This document shows positions 20,764 through 30,816 of a stretch of DNA of 64,000 nucleotides, piece after piece. A program made the position numbers and the translations under genes. Within the stretch, counting starts at the first letter, position 1. Every line of letters starts with the position of its first letter. Under the pieces are notes generated by a model. It searched no databases, had not been told where the DNA came from, and saw nothing but the letters and a program-made list of their open reading frames with translations. Source of the DNA: an uncultured candidate division Zixibacteria bacterium (GTDB taxonomy: Bacteria; Zixibacteria; MSB-5A5; UBA10806); NCBI GenBank assembly GCA_963817915.1, contig CAWFQL010000009.1, forward strand, positions 308,271 to 372,270, read 5' to 3'.

Positions 20764-21495
20764 TTAAGGCTCAATGTGGATTGCAGTCAATTCAGTAGTC
20801 TCATAAACTCGCATTGAATCAATAATAATACCCTGCTCGTCTTCAATCATCTGCGTGCCCCAGTCGTAGCGCCTCATTATCAGGCCCTCATTACTATACC
20901 ATTCCCGATTCATTGAAAAATCAGGATAGTCCATTTCACCCGCCATTCCGACAATATCACAATTGAATTCTCTTCCCGCTAACTTCAGTTCTTCCCTATT
21001 TATCACCTTTTTGTATCCAGTACCATCAATACCTTCAATTACTGCCCATTCCTTGTCCAAATCTAACGGTAAATCAAGCATAATCAGTGGACGCGAAAAA
21101 ATAATAGGGCCGCCAGTCTCATTTGGCCTGAAATTACGACTGCCATAAATCTTCAACTTGCTATTATCGAAACCATACCAAGAGCGGCTTATAAGCGTAT
21201 CTATAAATCCTAATTCGTTACCGATCCAAGTATCCTCAACGATTGTCAATTGAAGAGTATCGATGGATGGCTCAATTCCGATCACGCGCCGTGACATATG
21301 GGTGTAGAAGGTATCGGGGGGCACTGAATCATTGAAAGAAATATTATATCTATAATGATCATATTCCCACCGGCTCCCTGCTGTAAGCGGAAATGTGTTA
21401 GTAATCTCCGAATAAGGTTTGCCGGAATCGCCGCAATTAGAAATGAATGCCAACAATCCTAAGAGAATGATAAAGGATAATTTTCCAATTTTCAC
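20764..21495 (-). CDS. Lipoprotein paralog 3 (intact)
   Basis: GTG start with GAGGAGG RBS; ISNC lipobox; FPLTAGSRWEY, LDLPL..DKEW, WYSNEGLI. Confidence 0.75.
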   Translation of the reverse strand: MKIGKLSFIILLGLLAFISNCGDSGKPYSEITNTFPLTAGSRWEYDHYRYNISFNDSVPPDTFYTHMSRRVIGIEPSIDTLQLTIVEDTWIGNELGFIDTLISRSWYGFDNSKLKIYGSRNFRPNETGGPIIFSRPLIMLDLPLDLDKEWAVIEGIDGTGYKKVINREELKLAGREFNCDIVGMAGEMDYPDFSMNREWYSNEGLIMRRYDWGTQMIEDEQGIIIDSMRVYETTELTAIHIEP

Positions 21496-21563
21496 AAAAT
21501 CCTCCTCACAAATACATTCTCGCATGCTGTCAGGCTTCGATGTAAATAAATTCAAATACAAAA

Positions 21564-22748
21564 CTACATTACTTCAACTGCCAGGGCGACAGCGTTGCCG
21601 CCGCCAAGACATAATGTAGCCATGCCGGTTTTCATACCGCGGTCTTTGAGCGCATATATCAAGGTTGTCAGAATTCTGGCGCCGGAGGCTCCAATCGGAT
21701 GACCCAACGCGATAGCGCCGCCGTTGACATTGACTCGAGCCCAATCCCAATTGAGTTCCATGCCATTCGCTACCGCCTGGGCCGCGAAGGCTTCATTAGC
21801 CTCGATTAAATCCCAATGCTTGATATCGACTTTCATTTTGGCCATGAGCTTGCGAACCGCGTAAATAGGGGCATAGAATAAATCCTGCGGATCGGTTCCA
21901 GCCGCGGCGTAATCGACAATTTTCGCCAGCGGTTTTTTGCCGTGGTTCTCGGCATATTCCAATGATGATACTACAAGCGCCGCCGAGCCGTCATTGAGTC
22001 CGGGAGCGTTACCTGCAGTGATAACACCGCCTTCCAAAAATGCCGGTCTCAATTTGCCAAGCTTTTCGACTGTTGTATCGCCGCGCGGGCCTTCATCAGT
22101 ATCGAATAAGATCGGATCGCCCTTTTTCTGGGGAATGGCAATCGGGAATATTTCCTTTTTGAATTTCCCGGCTTTGATGGCGGCCGAGGCTTTCATCTGG
22201 GAATTGAACGCATACTCATCGAGCATATCGCGGCTGATGCCGGATTTCTTCGCTGTATATTCGGCGGCATTGCCCATGTGATAATTATTGAATGAATCCC
22301 AGAGACCGTCGCTAATCATAAGATCGATAATCTGTTTATGACCCATCTTCAAGCCGGTTTTAGCGCCATGCAAAACATAAGGTGTATTGGACATCGATTC
22401 CATCCCGCCGGCGACAAATAGATTACCATCTCCGGCCTTGATTGCCTGAGCTGATAGCATTACCGCCTTGAGACCACTTCCGCAAACTTTATTGATTGTT
22501 AGCGCCGGAATGCTGGATGGTATTCCACCGTGGATCGCCGCCTGACGAGCGGGAGCCTGGTTGCTACCGCCTTGCACGACATGACCGATAATGACTTCAT
22601 CGATATCATTCTGATTTATTTCGGCCCGTTTGACCGCTTCTCTGATAGCAAATGCTCCCAATTGCGGAGCAGTAAATCCCGATAATCCACCATGATATGT
22701 GCCTATCGCTGAGCGACACGCTGATAATATAACTGCTTGAGCTGACAT
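21564..22748 (-). CDS. Acetyl-CoA acetyltransferase (thiolase)
   Basis: NKVCGSG, NEAFA, GHPIGASG, CLGGG. Confidence 0.96.
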   Translation of the reverse strand: MSAQAVILSACRSAIGTYHGGLSGFTAPQLGAFAIREAVKRAEINQNDIDEVIIGHVVQGGSNQAPARQAAIHGGIPSSIPALTINKVCGSGLKAVMLSAQAIKAGDGNLFVAGGMESMSNTPYVLHGAKTGLKMGHKQIIDLMISDGLWDSFNNYHMGNAAEYTAKKSGISRDMLDEYAFNSQMKASAAIKAGKFKKEIFPIAIPQKKGDPILFDTDEGPRGDTTVEKLGKLRPAFLEGGVITAGNAPGLNDGSAALVVSSLEYAENHGKKPLAKIVDYAAAGTDPQDLFYAPIYAVRKLMAKMKVDIKHWDLIEANEAFAAQAVANGMELNWDWARVNVNGGAIALGHPIGASGARILTTLIYALKDRGMKTGMATLCLGGGNAVALAVEVM

Positions 22749-22857
22749 TAAAATATCCTCCCTTAAGATTCTTTATTCAAATTTCAGATTCAATCATCAA
22801 AATTACATGGCGAAATCAAAATTCAAAATTGCCATAAAACCAATTCCGTAATTTCAT

Positions 22858-23150
22858 AGTGGTGGCAGGTCTCCGCACCTGCCACATACACGCACTGTCG
22901 TCGGGTACGGCGACCCGACGACACGGGGAAACGCCAACGCCATAATTAATAATAATTCGTTATCAAATACAAGCTGAATTTCCCGGGCATCCGGTCGACC
23001 GTCAATATAGACTCCCCCCTAATCCGGGCAAGATTCCCGCTTTCGCGGGAATGACAATGCACAAGCACAGCTGACAAATTATTGGGCGGCAGTGGTCATA
23101 GACTGCCCCAAATGAAGTCCTAATTAAGGGCAGCCGGGACGGCTGCCGCT
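22858..23150. repeat. REP cluster: family D doublet (22858-22925), family A (23032-23055), family G doublet (23083-23150)
   Basis: GTGGCAGGTCTCCGCACCTGCCAC + GTCGTCGGGTACGGCGACCCGACGAC; GATTCCCGCTTTCGCGGGAATGAC; GGGCGGCAGT...ACTGCCCC + GGGGCAGC...GCTGCCGC. All recur elsewhere in the window. Confidence 0.85.
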
Positions 23151-23248
23151 CAAATGCTCTCGCCAGGGTAGCAATTGGCTTGACTATTATAGATAATTGC
23201 GGTTATTATTTTATACGGGACATGAACAATAAAATTACGGGGTGATGC

Positions 23249-23893
23249 ATGAAAATTGTCTCAAAGCATGTCAAAATGAGTAGTCGAGAAAATTACTTGT
23301 TTATTTATTTCACGATCATCCTTTTGATTTCGCTTTCGTGTGGCCAAAATCAAAGCAGTAACCCGGATTATCTTATTAATGGCAGTATCGAATACTCTCA
23401 TCAATTTGAATTTAGTTCGCTTAACGATCCCAGATATCCCGGGTCATACTGTGGGACGATTTTTATTCGAGGTTCTATCCCATTTCGAATTATAACCGCA
23501 CCGATCGGTTCAGACTCCATATCGGGAAGCGGGGAAACTGAATTTACCTTAAACGGCCTTTATTATGACGGTGCAGCCGAATGCCTTACCAGCGGCCATG
23601 CCAATAATCAGGTGGAATTATCCGGTGTTTTGAATAGAATAAATAACGATTCGCAATCGATCAGTATCATATTTACGGAGACCTGGTACAATCCCGGCAG
23701 ATATTATTGGCAATGCGGAGAGCAAGGCAATAGCAGCGGCGATTATCAAGTCGAGCATAATGTTTTCTCGGCTACCTTCGCTGTGCGTGATAGTTCCGTA
23801 GTTGAATATGATTCCACTATCACGGTTCCCGTCAGCCAATTGGTAGGTGCCGGCTCATATAATTGGACAATGCGAATTTCCGGAAGACAGTAA
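23249..23893 (+). CDS. Hypothetical lipoprotein
   Basis: Hydrophobic N-terminus ending in SLSC lipobox; start may be 23276. Confidence 0.65.
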   Translation: MKIVSKHVKMSSRENYLFIYFTIILLISLSCGQNQSSNPDYLINGSIEYSHQFEFSSLNDPRYPGSYCGTIFIRGSIPFRIITAPIGSDSISGSGETEFTLNGLYYDGAAECLTSGHANNQVELSGVLNRINNDSQSISIIFTETWYNPGRYYWQCGEQGNSSGDYQVEHNVFSATFAVRDSSVVEYDSTITVPVSQLVGAGSYNWTMRISGRQ

Positions 23894-23980
23894 GCTGTCT
23901 TTCGAAAAGACGCATGATGTGTTTCTCGCCCGCGATTTGTTTTTTTCCAATCGCCCTTTCGGGAAATTAATGTAAAATAT

Positions 23981-24007
23981 AAAGGGCGCCTGGTGACGCC
24001 CTTTTTC
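23981..24007. terminator. Probable bidirectional terminator
   Basis: AAAGGGCG-loop-CGCCCTTTTT between convergent genes. Confidence 0.7.
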
Positions 24008-24038
24008 ATTAAGCAAACCTAATTAACGAAAATCCACA

Positions 24039-25394
24039 TCAAGACCCGTACATGACATATCGATGCGGGATTTCGATAAATCCGGTATCCATCATCGAAC
24101 GAGTCAGGTTTCTTGCACGAGCGATTCGTTTGGCGGCCATCTGGAAAAGCTCATCATGCGAGAGTATTTTCTTGGCTACCCCTTGCTCAATTGCTTTTGT
24201 GCCGACAGCTGCAGCTTCGGATGGGAAAACCTCCCAGTCATCCATACTGGGCAGGATATAATTCGCATGCAACCCTTTATCGACCGCGAGTTGGGCCAAA
24301 GCGTTAGCGGCCGCAATACACATTTCATCCGTGATCGTGCTTGCCTGAACATCGAGAGTGCCTCTGAAAATTCCGGGGAATCCCAACGAGTTATTGACCT
24401 GATTCGGGAAATCGGAACGACCTGTCGCGACTACCGCCGCACCGGCTTCCTTGGCTTCCCAGGGCCAGATTTCCGGAGTTGGATTGGCGCAGACAAATAC
24501 GATAGGATCTTTCGCCATTTGGGTTATCCATTCTTTCTTAATAATGCCAGGTCCCGGAGTAGATAGAGCTATAACAGCGTCGGCACCCTTCATGGCCTCC
24601 GGAATGCCGCCTTTGACGCTTTTTTCATTGGTTTTTAGGCACATTTCCCATTTTTCGGGATAATCTTTTTGAAGCTCTGTTCTGTCCTTATGCAATGTGC
24701 CCTTGGAATCTGTCATAATGATATTCTTGGGTTCAGCGCCTGCAGCGATAAGAAGTGTCGCGATTCGATAATTTGATGCTCCGGCGCCAACCATGGCGAT
24801 CTTGACCTCATTTATCTTCTTTCCTACTACGCGGAGAGCGTTGATAAACCCGGCGACTGTAACAGTGGCTGTTCCCTGCTGGTCGTCATGCCAGACCGGT
24901 ATACGCGCTTTCTTGCGGAGTTCATCGAGGATACGGAAGCACTTCGGCTGAGAAATATCTTCAAGGTTAATCCCACCGAACGCGGGCTGGAGAAGCAGGA
25001 CTGTCTCGATAATTTTGTCTGGGTCCTTTGTATCGAGAGCGATCGGGAATACATCGACACCACCGAGATATTTGAAGAGCAAACTTTTGCCTTCCATTAC
25101 CGGCAGGCTGGCCTCAGGACCAATATCACCCAATCCGAGCACGCGGGTACCATCGGTAATAACTGCTACGAGATTTCCTTTATTAGTATGCTCATATACT
25201 GTTTCAGGATTTTTTTGAATATCGAGGCATGGCTTGGCGACTCCTGGAGTATACCAGATAGCGAAATCCTGGAAATCGCGAATACAGGCCTTAGGCACCA
25301 CTTCGATCTTGCCTTTGTAGAAAGGATGAAGCTTCATCGCCTCTACTCCGGGTTGATCGGCTTTAGCTAATAATTGTTCTTTGTTATCCATCAT
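24039..25394 (-). CDS. NAD(P)-dependent malic enzyme
   Basis: YTPGVA, TDGTRVLGLGDIG, PVMEGK, NLEDI, HDDQQGT, TGRSDFPNQVNN. Confidence 0.95.
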   Translation of the reverse strand: MMDNKEQLLAKADQPGVEAMKLHPFYKGKIEVVPKACIRDFQDFAIWYTPGVAKPCLDIQKNPETVYEHTNKGNLVAVITDGTRVLGLGDIGPEASLPVMEGKSLLFKYLGGVDVFPIALDTKDPDKIIETVLLLQPAFGGINLEDISQPKCFRILDELRKKARIPVWHDDQQGTATVTVAGFINALRVVGKKINEVKIAMVGAGASNYRIATLLIAAGAEPKNIIMTDSKGTLHKDRTELQKDYPEKWEMCLKTNEKSVKGGIPEAMKGADAVIALSTPGPGIIKKEWITQMAKDPIVFVCANPTPEIWPWEAKEAGAAVVATGRSDFPNQVNNSLGFPGIFRGTLDVQASTITDEMCIAAANALAQLAVDKGLHANYILPSMDDWEVFPSEAAAVGTKAIEQGVAKKILSHDELFQMAAKRIARARNLTRSMMDTGFIEIPHRYVMYGS

Positions 25395-25511
25395 CTTCCC
25401 TTCTTAAAAATCAACACTCGATCCCTGCAACCACTACTACCACTTCCAAAAACTAATCATAATAATCCATTTTTTATAAATCAACTGATTTATGATAGCA
25501 ATATTTCTCGC

Positions 25512-25578
25512 GCCGTCAGGAATCCTTTCCTGACGGTTCACCGTCGTAAGGTGTCAGGAAGGGATTCCTGACACCGCT
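25512..25578. repeat. REPIN-like doublet, family C
   Basis: CCGTCAGGAA-TCCT-TTCCTGACGG...GGTGTCAGGAA-GGGA-TTCCTGACACC. Confidence 0.85.
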
Positions 25579-25657
25579 ATTAATAATTGTAATTGCACAA
25601 TTATGGTCAATTGGGCATATTTGATTCAAGAGTGGTTGTTTTCGAAAAGATGGCTGA

Positions 25658-26311
25658 ATGAAAGAATGTTATTTTACAAGCGATAATATCGACGAAAAGG
25701 CTTATCAGATGGCTGAAGATGTCGCCGCAAATGGTCGCAAAAGAAAATCGACGTTCTTGAGTCAGAAAGCGGCATTGCTCATTATCGATATGCAAGATTA
25801 TTTTCTGAGCAAGGCTTCGCACGCGTTCATACCAAGTTCACCGGCGATAATCCAAAAGATAATCGACTTGCGAAAAGAGTTTGAGATGACTAAACGGCCG
25901 ACAATCTTTACCCGTCATCTAAATACAACTCGTGACGCGGGAATGATGGGAACTTGGTGGAGCGAAATAATCGAACGCGAAAATCCACTTAGCAGAATAA
26001 CCGCTCTTTTAGATTCCAATGACGGGATTGTTATCGAAAAACCGCAATATGATGCATTTTATAGTACCTCGTTAGAGGCAATTCTTCACGCCAGGAATAT
26101 TAAGCAGTTGGTAATTTGTGGAGTTATTGCGAATTTATGCTGTGAGACCACGGCAAGGGCGGCGTTCGTGCGCGGGTTTGAGGTCTTTTTCGCAATTGAT
26201 GGCACGGCAGCATATAATGCCGATCTTCATCGCGCGACACTTTTGAATCTCTCTCATGGATTCGCGACCAATATTCTAACAGATGATTTGCTGGCAAGGA
26301 TGCGAAAATAA
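25658..26311 (+). CDS. Isochorismatase-family cysteine hydrolase
   Basis: Asp-Lys-Cys triad motifs IIDMQ, EKPQYDAF, ANLCCETTAR. Confidence 0.9.
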   Translation: MKECYFTSDNIDEKAYQMAEDVAANGRKRKSTFLSQKAALLIIDMQDYFLSKASHAFIPSSPAIIQKIIDLRKEFEMTKRPTIFTRHLNTTRDAGMMGTWWSEIIERENPLSRITALLDSNDGIVIEKPQYDAFYSTSLEAILHARNIKQLVICGVIANLCCETTARAAFVRGFEVFFAIDGTAAYNADLHRATLLNLSHGFATNILTDDLLARMRK

Positions 26312-26314
26312 GAT

Positions 26315-27205
26315 ATGAAGCCGGCAGATATCGTCATTATTGGCGCAGGACCTTCGGGAATAGCCGCCGCGATTCAGCTTAAACGTTACGGGCTCAATCT
26401 GATTGTGCTTGAGAAAAATAAGATCGGCGGCCTTCTAAGAAGCGCGAACAAGGTGGAAAATTATCCTGGATTTCCGGAAGGAATTTCGGGTTTGAATTTG
26501 GTTGATTTGCTTGAACAGCATGTTAAGCGATATGACGTTGAAATAATCTTTCATGAGGTGATTGATCTGGATTGGCAAAAGAAGTTTTTTGCTATCAAAT
26601 GCGCCAATGCTGAATACTATTCAAAACTTTTGATTATCGGGACAGGTACGAAGCCAAAAAGGTTTAGGGATATAAATATTTCGAATGAAACGGAGCGAAA
26701 TATTATTTACGATATTACTTCTATCCTAAAAGAAAAAGGGAAACGAATCGCAATTATCGGCGCGGGTGACGCGGCATTCGATTATGCTCTTAATCTGGCA
26801 AAACATAATCAGGTATTCATATTCAATCGCGGTACTGAAATAAAATGCATTCCAATCTTATGGCAAATGGCCAACGAGTCATCAAATGTCGAGTATCACG
26901 AGAATACGAAGATATCAAGTATATCGGCCATAGCGAATGACAGGCTTCGAATCGGAATATCGCGTGAGAGTGAGATATCAACAATGGATTTCGATTATCT
27001 GATTCCTGCTTTGGGACGAGTACCACAGCTCGATTTTATTTCAAGTAATTTGAAAGCGAAACTTATCGAACTTGAACAAGAAGGCTTTTTATATTTTATT
27101 GGTGATGTCAAAAACAATCTCTACAGGCAAACGGCGATTGCGGCCGGTGATGGGATTAAGGCGGCCATGGCGGCCTATTCAAAATTAAGGACAATTCGGG
27201 ATTAG
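26315..27205 (+). CDS. TrxB-fold FAD/NAD(P)H oxidoreductase without CXXC
   Basis: GAGPSG, VENYPGF, GAGDAAFD, IGD...RQTAIAAGDG; the CATC position reads IIYDITSI. Confidence 0.85.
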   Translation: MKPADIVIIGAGPSGIAAAIQLKRYGLNLIVLEKNKIGGLLRSANKVENYPGFPEGISGLNLVDLLEQHVKRYDVEIIFHEVIDLDWQKKFFAIKCANAEYYSKLLIIGTGTKPKRFRDINISNETERNIIYDITSILKEKGKRIAIIGAGDAAFDYALNLAKHNQVFIFNRGTEIKCIPILWQMANESSNVEYHENTKISSISAIANDRLRIGISRESEISTMDFDYLIPALGRVPQLDFISSNLKAKLIELEQEGFLYFIGDVKNNLYRQTAIAAGDGIKAAMAAYSKLRTIRD

Positions 27206-27217
27206 AGGATACACGAA

Positions 27218-28177
27218 ATGCAGATAGTGGCTTCGACAGGAAATAAAAATATCAGTACAGTTTATATCGCTGACCTTGGGCAGGACAAATTTGTCGAGAT
27301 GGTGGAATCATTACAGCCCCCATTGCCTATTGATAAGAAATGGGTGCTGATCGTATCGACCTTATTCGGCTGTCCGGTTAAATGCCCCATGTGTGACGCC
27401 GGCGGGCATTACAAGGGACGATTGACAAAAGATGACATATTCGAACAGATTGATTTTTTGGTTAAAAGCAAATTCCCCGACTGCCATATTCCTGTCGATA
27501 AATTCAAAATCCAATTCGCGCGAATGGGCGAACCGGCATTTAATCAGAATGTAATCGATGTCCTGGAGGAATTGCCACGAAGATATGACGCGCCCGGCCT
27601 GATGCCATCGATATCAACTATCGCGCCCTTTGGGACGGATGATTTCTTCAATAAGCTTTTCGAGGTCAAACAAAAGCATTATGGCAACGGCGGATTCCAA
27701 TTGCAATTCTCGATTCACACGACAGATCTGAAATTGCGAGACAGACTTATTCCAGTACGAAAATGGGACTTTGCGAAAATCTCGCAATACGGCCAAAAGT
27801 TTTACCTTCCTGGCGATAGAAAGATTGCGCTAAATTTCGCATTTGCCAATATTATGCCAATAGAATCATCGATACTCAGAGAATATTTTGATCCGGAGAT
27901 CTTTCTGATAAAGTTGACGCCGTTGAACCCTACTCATACAGCGGTTCAAAACAATCTCTTCGCCGGCCCGCAATCAGCCGCTGAATCATCATATGATGCT
28001 ATCGCAATGAGCCTGCGAGATGCCGGATATGAGACCATTGTGAGTATAGGCGAGATGGAGGAAAATCTGATTGGAAGCAATTGCGGACAATATCTGTTGA
28101 AGCATCTGGAATCGAAAGAGAAAATCGATGAAGGATATACGTATGATGTGGACTCGCCATCAATCATTGTTTCCTGA
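27218..28177 (+). CDS. RlmN/Cfr-like radical SAM protein, short, lacking the resolving Cys
   Basis: C52xxxC56xxC59, MGEP, SIHTTD...RDRLIP, C-terminal SNCGQ (C289). Confidence 0.85.
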   Translation: MQIVASTGNKNISTVYIADLGQDKFVEMVESLQPPLPIDKKWVLIVSTLFGCPVKCPMCDAGGHYKGRLTKDDIFEQIDFLVKSKFPDCHIPVDKFKIQFARMGEPAFNQNVIDVLEELPRRYDAPGLMPSISTIAPFGTDDFFNKLFEVKQKHYGNGGFQLQFSIHTTDLKLRDRLIPVRKWDFAKISQYGQKFYLPGDRKIALNFAFANIMPIESSILREYFDPEIFLIKLTPLNPTHTAVQNNLFAGPQSAAESSYDAIAMSLRDAGYETIVSIGEMEENLIGSNCGQYLLKHLESKEKIDEGYTYDVDSPSIIVS

Positions 28178-28207
28178 CAATATGCGTGTAAGGTGTCAAC
28201 CCATCCT

Positions 28208-28275
28208 GTCATTCCCGCGAATGCGGGAATCTAAACTGAACTACACGCAAAATTCCGCAATAAATGCGGAATGAC
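28208..28275. repeat. REP doublet, family A
   Basis: GTCATTCCCGCGAATGCGGGAATC ... ATTCCGCAATAAATGCGGAATGAC. Confidence 0.85.
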
Positions 28276-28349
28276 AGGTTGAGACTGCGTCATTGTTTTG
28301 GGCGGCTCATTGGAGTTGACCTGAACAACATTCCATAATATTAATCAAT

Positions 28350-28979
28350 ATGAACGAACGACTTTATAAATCCACGAAACGTTTGGGGCTCGCAATCAGC
28401 CATGTCGCCGAGGTGGGCGTCTATCACCCGGAAACATCAAATATTCTCGGCTATATTCGCGATGGCGTACCCGCCGACTTGTTCGAGCCGGATCCCGATT
28501 CGATTTCGCGCATACATGAAGCATTTGGAAAGTATGCGCATGTAAAAGTGCATCCATTCGCCATATACAAAGAAAATACGACTTTAAAACTGTATCGGGC
28601 GGGTGCGTCGACCTTTGCCGCGGACCTGCCGTCTTCCCCTGCTTTAGCTAATGATAGTTATCAGCCAAGTGCGGATGATGCTTTCGAAGCTGAGGCCCGC
28701 CGATTTGATGAATTCGATGACGGCACAATCGATCTCTTGAGTATCGATACCGAAGGCTGCGAATGGTACGTGCTTATGCATCTAAAAAGCCGTCCGCTGG
28801 TTATTTCTGCTGAAATGGGATGGAAAAAATACCAGAATCCGTTTTTAAAAGAGATCAAGGAATGGATGCAATCGAATGGCTATCGCGTCTGGTACAGTGA
28901 TAAATCTGATACTGTCTATGTACATCAGCGGATTCGGATCGGATTTTGGAGAAAGTGGCTAGACCAGCTGGGGTGGTAG
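28350..28979 (+). CDS. FkbM-family SAM-dependent methyltransferase
   Basis: AEVG, LFEPDP, IDLLSIDTEGCEW motifs. Confidence 0.8.
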   Translation: MNERLYKSTKRLGLAISHVAEVGVYHPETSNILGYIRDGVPADLFEPDPDSISRIHEAFGKYAHVKVHPFAIYKENTTLKLYRAGASTFAADLPSSPALANDSYQPSADDAFEAEARRFDEFDDGTIDLLSIDTEGCEWYVLMHLKSRPLVISAEMGWKKYQNPFLKEIKEWMQSNGYRVWYSDKSDTVYVHQRIRIGFWRKWLDQLGW

Positions 28980-29006
28980 GACGAAAGATATGCCGCGATA
29001 TAATGC

Positions 29007-29119
29007 ACCGTCAGGAATCCTTTCCTGACGGGAACAAGCTGTAGGTCCGAACCCCTGTGGTTCGGACTCCTTCTTTTTATATATGGCAAATTGGCGGAAC
29101 CACAGGGGTTCCGCCCTAC
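29007..29119. repeat. REP cluster: family C single copy plus a GTAG-type doublet
   Basis: CCGTCAGGAATCCTTTCCTGACGG; GTAGGTCCGAACCCCTGTGGTTCGGAC ... GGCGGAACCACAGGGGTTCCGCCCTAC. Confidence 0.8.
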
Positions 29120-29122
29120 CGA

Positions 29123-30373
29123 TTACTTTCTTAATTCCGGATACAGCGGGAATCTTTCGCAGAGGGTGTGGACATCGTTGCGGACATCGGCAATGACATT
29201 ATCGTCATTCAGATTCTTGATGACTTTCGAAATCATGCCCGCGATCTGCTTCATCTCATTTGTGCCCATGCCGCGCGTGGTGACAGCCGGAGTGCCGATT
29301 CTGATACCCGATGTCACGAACGGCTTGGCGGGATCGAATGGGACAGTGTTCTTATTGACAGTGATATCGGCCTTCTCTAATGCCTTTTCGACATCCTTGC
29401 CGGTGATATTCTGCCCGATAAACGATAGCAGCATCAGATGAGTATCAGTACCGCCGGAAACCACATGATAGCCGTCATCGATAAATGACTGCGCCATCGT
29501 TTTGGCATTCTCTAATATTCGCTTTTGATATTCCTTGAATTCCGGCTTTAGTGCTTCCTTGAAGGCGACGGCCTTGGCGGCGATGACATGCATGAGCGGC
29601 CCGCCCTGGATACCGGGCATGACTTCGCGATCGAGGTCCTTGGCATATTTCTCTTTGCACATGATCATGCCGCCGCGCGGCCCGCGGAGCGTCTTGTGGG
29701 TTGTCGTGGTTACGAAATCGGCATAGGGTATCGGCGATGGATGAAGCCCAGTCGCAACCAGCCCCGCGATATGCGCGATATCGACCGCCATGTACGCTCC
29801 GACCGCGTCGCAGACATCGCGGAACGCTTTGAAATCGAGCGTACGCGGATAGGCCGACGCACCTGCCATGATTAGTTTCGGTTTGACTTCTTTGGCGCGT
29901 TTCATCAATTCATCATAATCGATGGTTTCGGTTTCTTTGCTGACCGAATACGGCTCGACCTTGTAAAGCTTGCCGGAGAAATTTATCGGATGGCCATGTG
30001 TCAGATGGCCGCCATGCGAAAGGTTGAGTCCCATTATCGTATCGCCCGGCTGCAGCACAGTAAAATAGACCGCCATATTGGCTTGCGATCCCGAATGCGG
30101 CTGGACATTAACATGCTCGCATCCAAATAGCTCTTTGGCGCGTGCTTTGGCAAGCTCTTCCGCCTGATCGACAAATGTGCATCCGCCGTAATACCGTTTG
30201 CCGGGGTAACCTTCGGCGTATTTGTTAGTCATTACCGAGCCCATAGCCTGCATTACCGGAATCGAGACGAAATTTTCAGACGCGATCAATTCCAGCCCGC
30301 CGTGTTGACGTTTTACCTCGTTGAGCAGGGTCTCGTAAATTTCCGGGTCGAATTTTTTTAACTCATCTAACAT
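29123..30373 (-). CDS. glyA: Serine hydroxymethyltransferase
   Basis: [27 protein letters not shown]. Confidence 0.98.
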   Translation of the reverse strand: MLDELKKFDPEIYETLLNEVKRQHGGLELIASENFVSIPVMQAMGSVMTNKYAEGYPGKRYYGGCTFVDQAEELAKARAKELFGCEHVNVQPHSGSQANMAVYFTVLQPGDTIMGLNLSHGGHLTHGHPINFSGKLYKVEPYSVSKETETIDYDELMKRAKEVKPKLIMAGASAYPRTLDFKAFRDVCDAVGAYMAVDIAHIAGLVATGLHPSPIPYADFVTTTTHKTLRGPRGGMIMCKEKYAKDLDREVMPGIQGGPLMHVIAAKAVAFKEALKPEFKEYQKRILENAKTMAQSFIDDGYHVVSGGTDTHLMLLSFIGQNITGKDVEKALEKADITVNKNTVPFDPAKPFVTSGIRIGTPAVTTRGMGTNEMKQIAGMISKVIKNLNDDNVIADVRNDVHTLCERFPLYPELRK

Positions 30374-30816
30374 TTATTATCATCCTCGTATTTTTTAATT
30401 TTGCTGAGACGTCTTTCATGACGTCCCCCCTCAAATTTAGTCTTTACAAAATTATCTAAAATTTCTTTTATCTGCGATTCGGGAGTATATTTGCCGGATA
30501 ACACCAGCACATTGGCATCATTGTGGCTGCGCATGAGTTGCGCCATTTCAGGGCTTAACGCCAGCCCGGCCCGGATGCCTTTGACTTTATTGGCAGTGAT
30601 CGCCATACCGTTGCCGGTCCAGCATATCAGGACACCGGCGTCGGCCTTGCCCGCTGACACTTCTTCCGCGGTTAATAGACCATAATCAGAGTAGTCGGTG
30701 CTTTCATCGGAGAATGTGCCGAAATCCTCGACATCATATCCTTTTTCAAGTAGATATGACTTAATTATATTCTTGAAGGCAAAGCCTTTATGATCGGCGC
30801 CCAGTGCGAATTTCAT
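30367..30816 (-). CDS. rpiB: Ribose-5-phosphate isomerase B
   Basis: [30 protein letters not shown] overlap with ilvE stop. Confidence 0.95.
   Translation of the reverse strand: MKFALGADHKGFAFKNIIKSYLLEKGYDVEDFGTFSDESTDYSDYGLLTAEEVSAGKADAGVLICWTGNGMAITANKVKGIRAGLALSPEMAQLMRSHNDANVLVLSGKYTPESQIKEILDNFVKTKFEGGRHERRLSKIKKYEDDNKC

Noticed and set aside
19187..21495. Diversity-generating retroelement acting on the lipoprotein paralogs
   Set aside because: No near-identical template/variable repeat pair with adenine-specific differences and no reverse transcriptase seen.
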